A stretch of DNA of 64,000 nucleotides from the human T2T-CHM13v2.0 reference genome, Homo sapiens. The translations under genes were made by a program, and so were the position numbers. The stretch is taken from NCBI RefSeq assembly GCF_009914755.1, contig NC_060931.1. The stretch is one strand, 5' to 3'. The notes beneath the pieces were generated by a model. It saw nothing but the letters and a program-made list of their open reading frames with translations, had not been told where the DNA came from and made no database searches. This document shows, piece by piece, positions 56,977-64,000 of this stretch. The stretch's first letter is position 1, and every line of letters starts with the position of its first letter.

Positions 56977-57688
56977 AAAGTTAAGAGGAACTAGAACAGT
57001 GTACTGCCAGGCTCATAATCAGGAGTGTTGCACAACCATGCTGGAATAATGCCTGGAGGACTGGTATCAGGAGCAACCCAAGGCTTGCAAACAGCAGTGG
57101 TGAAAACTAAAGGGCTTTGTGGACACATAGCCAGAGCCAGATGCACAAATAGAAGATAAGCTTCTGGGTGTGGAAACTCTTCACAAAGCATCGGGGGTCA
57201 AGAGGATTGCTCCAATCCCAGTTGTTTTCCATCTTTTTTCTTCAAGGAGACGTACTAACGGGAAAGAATAAAATAACCACAGAGAAGACAAACTTGAAAC
57301 CCACGACAGAGAAGAGATAGGAAATGTGCACCCAGCTCTGCTAAATGGGTTCTGGATACCAATTTAGCCCAAACAGATGAGGGGACTGAATGACTTCAGT
57401 CTTCATGGGACCTGACAGTAAGCTATGCCGGATGAGGGAGAGTGAGATAGGTATCAGAAAATGAAAATTGGGTAGATTCTGTGAAGATTATTAGAAACAG
57501 ACAGGAAATTTCTGAAAAGTCTAGATCAATTATTACCAACCCTGGCTGCAAACTAGTGAAGAGCTTTTACAAAACACTGCTGCCCAGGCCCCAGCCCAGA
57601 GTCCATGATTGAAGTGGAATAAGCTCCGTAGGACATTCTGACACGCGTCCAGGGCTAAGAGTCATGACTCCATACTGATGAGTGTGGG

Positions 57689-58639
<951 letters not shown>

Positions 58640-58750
58640 TACCACAGTGTCTTCACACATTCATCTGTTGATGGACATTTAGGTTGTTTCCACATCTTGG
58701 CTATCATCAACAGTGCTTCTGTGAACACAGGAGTGCTGATACCTCTTAAC
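58640..58750 (-). mobile_element. L1M upstream part hosting the SNRPC retrocopy
   Basis: Translation [21 protein letters not shown] ends at the pseudogene 5' end. Confidence 0.82.
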
Positions 58751-61189
58751 TTTAAAGTGTTGCTTACTGTCTCCTTTTCTCTCCCAGTTCCATGGGCAGT
58801 CACCAAAGTTTTGTCCCTCATCCACTTCTCTCTATGCACTTCAGCTCTTGATCATCTTTACAGGCCCCTTACCTTAGTAAAGCCTCTACACTGCTCCCTA
58901 CCCCCACACTCCAGTCCCCAGCCTGGTGTTGGCCCCTGGATTCATCACTGGAACAGCAAGCCTATGCTCATTACTCCCTCATGCTGATATTAATACCTGC
59001 CACTGGCTTCCCTGACTCTGATTAAGATACCCACCCTCTATTAATCCAACCAAACTCCCTCTCCCAGAGCCCCCAGTAGTGTAGATTCTCTCTCTCCCTG
59101 ACACTGACCTCATCACCCCCCAATGTGTTTTATATTCTTCTATTCTCAAAACAACCTATCCATTTTAGACCACCATTAGGCCCTGCAACTGACTCCACAT
59201 TTTCTCTCCCAGCACTTCAATCCTTATATCCATTCCCTAGTTCAATTTATCGCCAGGCTCTCCCCTGCTCCAAATTCCCAATGCCTACAAGCTTAAGTAA
59301 AATAGCAAGGCCTGGCAGGCAAAACCCTCCACTACATAGTTGCATTTCACTGGTTTTGGACTCTGGATCTACCTCTCACTCTGTGGCTAAATGTCTGAGT
59401 TGCTTCGTCATGTGAAAGCAGGCATGAATAACTGTACTAACCTCACAGGGTTTTGTGAAGATTGACTAAAATAATGCATGTAAAACACTCAGCATAGTCC
59501 TTGCCAGACATCACTCAGTTACACTTTGGCTGTTATCACTCAAACTTCATCTCTAACAACTCATATATACATACCCTGTATTCTGCACTCTCCCTTTCTC
59601 CTAGTGAGTCCTTCTTTATGGAGCACCCTCCTAACCCACTTTCTCTCTTCCGTCTGTGGCAAAGTCCTCCATCTTCCGAAGATCACTTTCAGCATTGCCT
59701 TTTCCATGAAGCCTTTTCTCAACCCCTCTCCCACCCCAAATGCGTTTGTTTCCTCTTGGACTCTGCTTTCCTTTTGCGCTACCTGAAAGTATTAGTCACG
59801 TTTCCTGCACTCTGACTCACTCTTCATATCCTGACTGCTAGATGTTGGGTCTATATCTCACTCGGGACTGCATTTTATTCACCTCTACATTCTGTGGAAA
59901 GTAATTTACAAAGACTGGTAGCAATCTTTGTTGAGCCAAGGAAAGAGTTCTCAGTGTGAGCACATTTATTTATTCCCATAGGAGACTTCTGTCTTTACTG
60001 TTCACTGGAATCATTTGGGATTACTTATGTATTTCAGAATATTTCAGCTATTCCTTCCTTGTGAGATCTCCTTGCCATTTTAAGTCTTTGGCCACAAGAG
60101 ACATCATTTCTCTCTTTTCTCTGACTTGTTTCAAATATTTCTAGTACCATAGAGATGTTATGCCCAAAGCATCCTTCTTTGGGGATTTCATTTCCTGGTT
60201 CCTGCCACTTTCTATCACTAGTTAATGCTTCCTTGTTGGCTCAGAAAGAAACCCAGAGCTATCATTCTCTGCATTATTTTTTCAGTCTTCTTAAAAATTA
60301 AATGATCGGCAAAACAAGTCAAGAGTTTATCAGAAGTTAGCCGAATGAAACATCCAGTGGGTGATTATCTGATTGAATCTCCTTTTTATCAGCACATGTG
60401 GTATTCATTCTAAAGTTTCAGTTTCTGAGAAGAAAGCGCCCTCCATAGCCTCTATCTGGCCATCCATAATACTGATCCTATTACAATCTTTCTTCCCTAC
60501 CATGCCCTCTTTACCCAGGGATTCATCATTAAGGTCTAGATTTCCCCAAGACTGCTTCTTTACAGTAAAACATCCCCTTCTAAAATCATATTCTAGTCAC
60601 GAGAACCACGCTAACCGTGGTGAGACAGATCCAGTGATGCTATCTATATCCAAGTTTTAATGTTTCAAGTTTATTTTGCTTCATTCTCATAAGCTGCACA
60701 ATGGCAAAGAGCTGCAGGTATTTTACCAACCAGCTGCCCAGGCTTTTTTAAAAAGAAATTACTGATGTTCTCCTCCTCTGTTATTGGTCTTTTTATCTTT
60801 GCTCTGCCGGTTGTTCTCTAGCCAATCAAGTTTTAACGTTTTTTCCTTCCCATCAAATTTCAGTTCAACTCTCTTAAACAAGTTAGCAAATCTCTTGCCA
60901 AACACACTTGTCCTCAAAAGATGGCAAGAGCCTGCTCCACAAACCAAACTCGGCTTATCAACACTATCTGTGCTGTAGTTACTTTGCGTGTCCTTTTCAA
61001 GCACATGGTCTACCTTTCCCCAAAAAGTAGAGACATCAAACATCCCCCTCAAGTTCTCTACTTTTCTACCATGACTTCACAGAACTCATGATACATTTGA
61101 GGTTTCTTTTGACATTTAGAGTGTTTTTACCCAAACCAGTGAACGGGGTGATAACTGATAGATCTGATATTTTGGTAAGTTAGCATGCA

Positions 61190-61590
61190 TGCCTTGGCTT
61201 GTTATCCAGCAATATCCACTCTCCCCTTCTTTAATAATAGAACTCTCGAGTTTTAATGTGGTTCATGGGCATCTAATAAGAGGCTTTCACTTCTAGCATT
61301 CTTTGCCGCTTGGTAGGGGCTTGTGACTAAGGGCTGCCAATGAGATGTGAGCAGAGTTGTTTGTCTTCCAGGTCATGGTCCTAAAAAGAGATACACATGT
61401 TCCCTGCCCTTTCCCCATTCCTGAGAGCTGGGAGGTGGTGATAGCTGGACCCAGAAATGAAAGACACACTGGTTGAAGACCATAGTGTCACCATGCCAGC
61501 CAAGGAATAACAATATCTGAACAGTTACATGAGAGAGAAATAAACTTTAATCGTGTTAAAGTTACCTAATTTTTGAATCTCTCAGTTACA
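61190..61590 (+). mobile_element. Old MLT1-like LTR
   Basis: GTGACTAAG...CCAATGAGATGTGAGCAGA...GAGAGAAATAAAC. Confidence 0.6.
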
Positions 61591-61761
61591 CAGGTATAGC
61601 ACAAATAACATTGGCCCTAAGAAGCTGGCATGCCTTCAAATTAGGAACCTTAGGTCACCTCTGTACGTCTTAACAGAAAGCTGCCAATCACCTCTGTCCT
61701 GGCCAGCTTCCTGTGCCAGAAACAGGAACCTATGGCAGTAAGAATCCTTTTCATTATTTGA

Positions 61762-62119
<358 letters not shown>

Positions 62120-64000
62120 GAAAGCTACTATTTTCAATTTGAAGGTGTGTATTACCCTGGCCTGAAATAATCCCAAATGCTCAAAATAGGATAGATGGTA
62201 GACATCCAATCTTCAAATCATTTTCACCTTCTCCAGCAAGCCAGCCCCTTTCATGTTGCATTTATCACCCACGTGGTCCCAAGAGTCACTACAGATCAGG
62301 ATGAATCAATGTTCTGAATGGAGAGAGATGAGTCCATAGGTCCTATGACAACTCCTCCATTCCTGAATGGAGAAATCAGAAATGGGCTGAGTTTTCCTCC
62401 TCCTTCTGCAGCTTAGCTACTCTTACTTGTCCTTCAACACCTTACAAGGAAGAAATACTTATGAATAAATGTGGGCTAATAAAGGAAGCTACAGTGGAAA
62501 GACAGGTGGCAAAAAGAAGACAGGCACACTGATGAAAACTCAATTCAGTATATATCCTATAAAGTAACTACTATGTGTCCACTGCTGTGCTAACCCTTCA
62601 GTGATGGAAACTAAGTGACAGAAACTTAATCCAAGGAGGAAACCACTGTGATCAAGGAGATAAGATGTCACAAATGAAACAAGCCAGAACACACCCCAGG
62701 GTGGGCCATCTGGTAGGTGCTATGGGCAGTCACAAGGGAAGAGCTCAGTGGGGCTGGAGTTGTGAGAAAAAGCTTAGGAAGAGGTGGCCTGCAGGGAGCC
62801 GTGAAGATGTGGATAGGGCTTGACTAGGTAGAGAGAAGCATGGAGGACAAAGCTGTGAGCTGGGTCGGGAGGGGCACCTCCTGCAACATTTCTCAACCCC
62901 GGCTGCGTGACAGGATCACCCTGGGAAGCTTCTACAAAATCCCAAAGCCTGGTGCCATTTCATACTAACTGGTCCAGACACTGGGGATGAGGCCAGGGCA
63001 AGGGCATCCTGAGACACTCCCAGGTGATTTGGATACACAGCAAGGGTTGAGCCACTGCTCTAACATAATCTTGCATCCAGAAATGACAGATTTACTCCAC
63101 AGAACTGCCTTCTTTAATTTTGGTATTTAATTTTGTTTGAGCATCTTATGCCAGACCTATGTCTGCTGCATCCAATTTATACCAAATTGAAATGCAAAGC
63201 AGGATGTGACTTAGCAGTTTAAAGGGTAAGAAAAGATAGCACCACCCAAGAACTTAAAATAACATCTGGTGGTTTGAATTTTATCAGTGGGTGTTATTAC
63301 GCTCCCTTAACCGACAACTGCTTGCGGAAGCTTGGTAGAGTTTTAACAATTGGCAACCACAGGCAGCATTTCATTACTTATCTAAAAAGACTATCAATTG
63401 AGTTACTATGAAATGTGAGCATGAAGTTTTAAAACTTCCCTATTTCCTACAAAAATCAACTTATCATCTTTTCAGAAATGTAAACAGCCAGCTAACAATG
63501 GGTAATGCTCTATAAGTGCTAACTGAACACTCTCAAATAACAAGAAACAAAATACCCTAGTGGGTCATGTATCAGATGTACACACTTCAAGTTTGTTTGT
63601 CCACTTAACTAAAAATAACCCTGGGACTCAGAATCTAAGCTTAAACCAAATTCTATAAATCGAAGTCCCCAAGATATATTTTGGAGGTATCCTTCCAAAA
63701 CTGCAGGGGCGATAATAATTCCTTGTAAGAGAATCACTAATTTAGGGAACATAGGTGGGGAGAAAAAGGGATACAGGAAGTTTTACTCACTTCTAGGGGA
63801 AAGAAAGATTACTGCAAAAAACTTAACCTGAGACACTTTTAAACTAGTGCAAACTGGAAAAAAGAGAGACATAAAAGGAAAAGGCAGAGTAAACAGGTTT
63901 TAAAAAGGTGGGGTGGTTACTGGTAGACTAGAGCTAAAAGGCAAGAAAAACCTAAAAGCACCTCTGTTCCCAATGCTAACAATGACATGGTTATTTTATT

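Overview
Primate (apparently human) genomic DNA lying entirely inside the minus-strand gene OSBPL3 (ORP3, oxysterol-binding protein-like 3). Eleven GT-AG coding exons (conventional exons 2-12, 44630 down to 1078) splice into one open frame of 422 codons (MMSDEKNLGV...KSGDNLAE), covering the N-terminus, PH domain, FFAT-like motif and helical linker. The first exon/promoter and the canonical FFAT/ORD exons lie outside the window. The introns hold about 15 Alus, L1 fragments, two THE1 solo LTRs, MLT1, MER/Tigger/MADE1 DNA-transposon relics, MIRs and microsatellites. I see no novel gene system. The most unusual structure is in intron 1: an SNRPC (U1-C) processed pseudogene and its host L1 are split by an old ~1.4 kb inversion, bounded by ~360-370 bp inverted duplications (Alu + 72 bp). 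Other leads are a near-consensus AluYc1-type insertion, two uORFs and a tandem acceptor in exon 2, a candidate UG-repeat-controlled poison exon, a duplicated CArG box, Hsmar1/MADE1 TIRs, and Alu pairs that could drive editing or circularisation. Repeat subfamily names and protein identities come from recalled consensus sequences, not from alignments.
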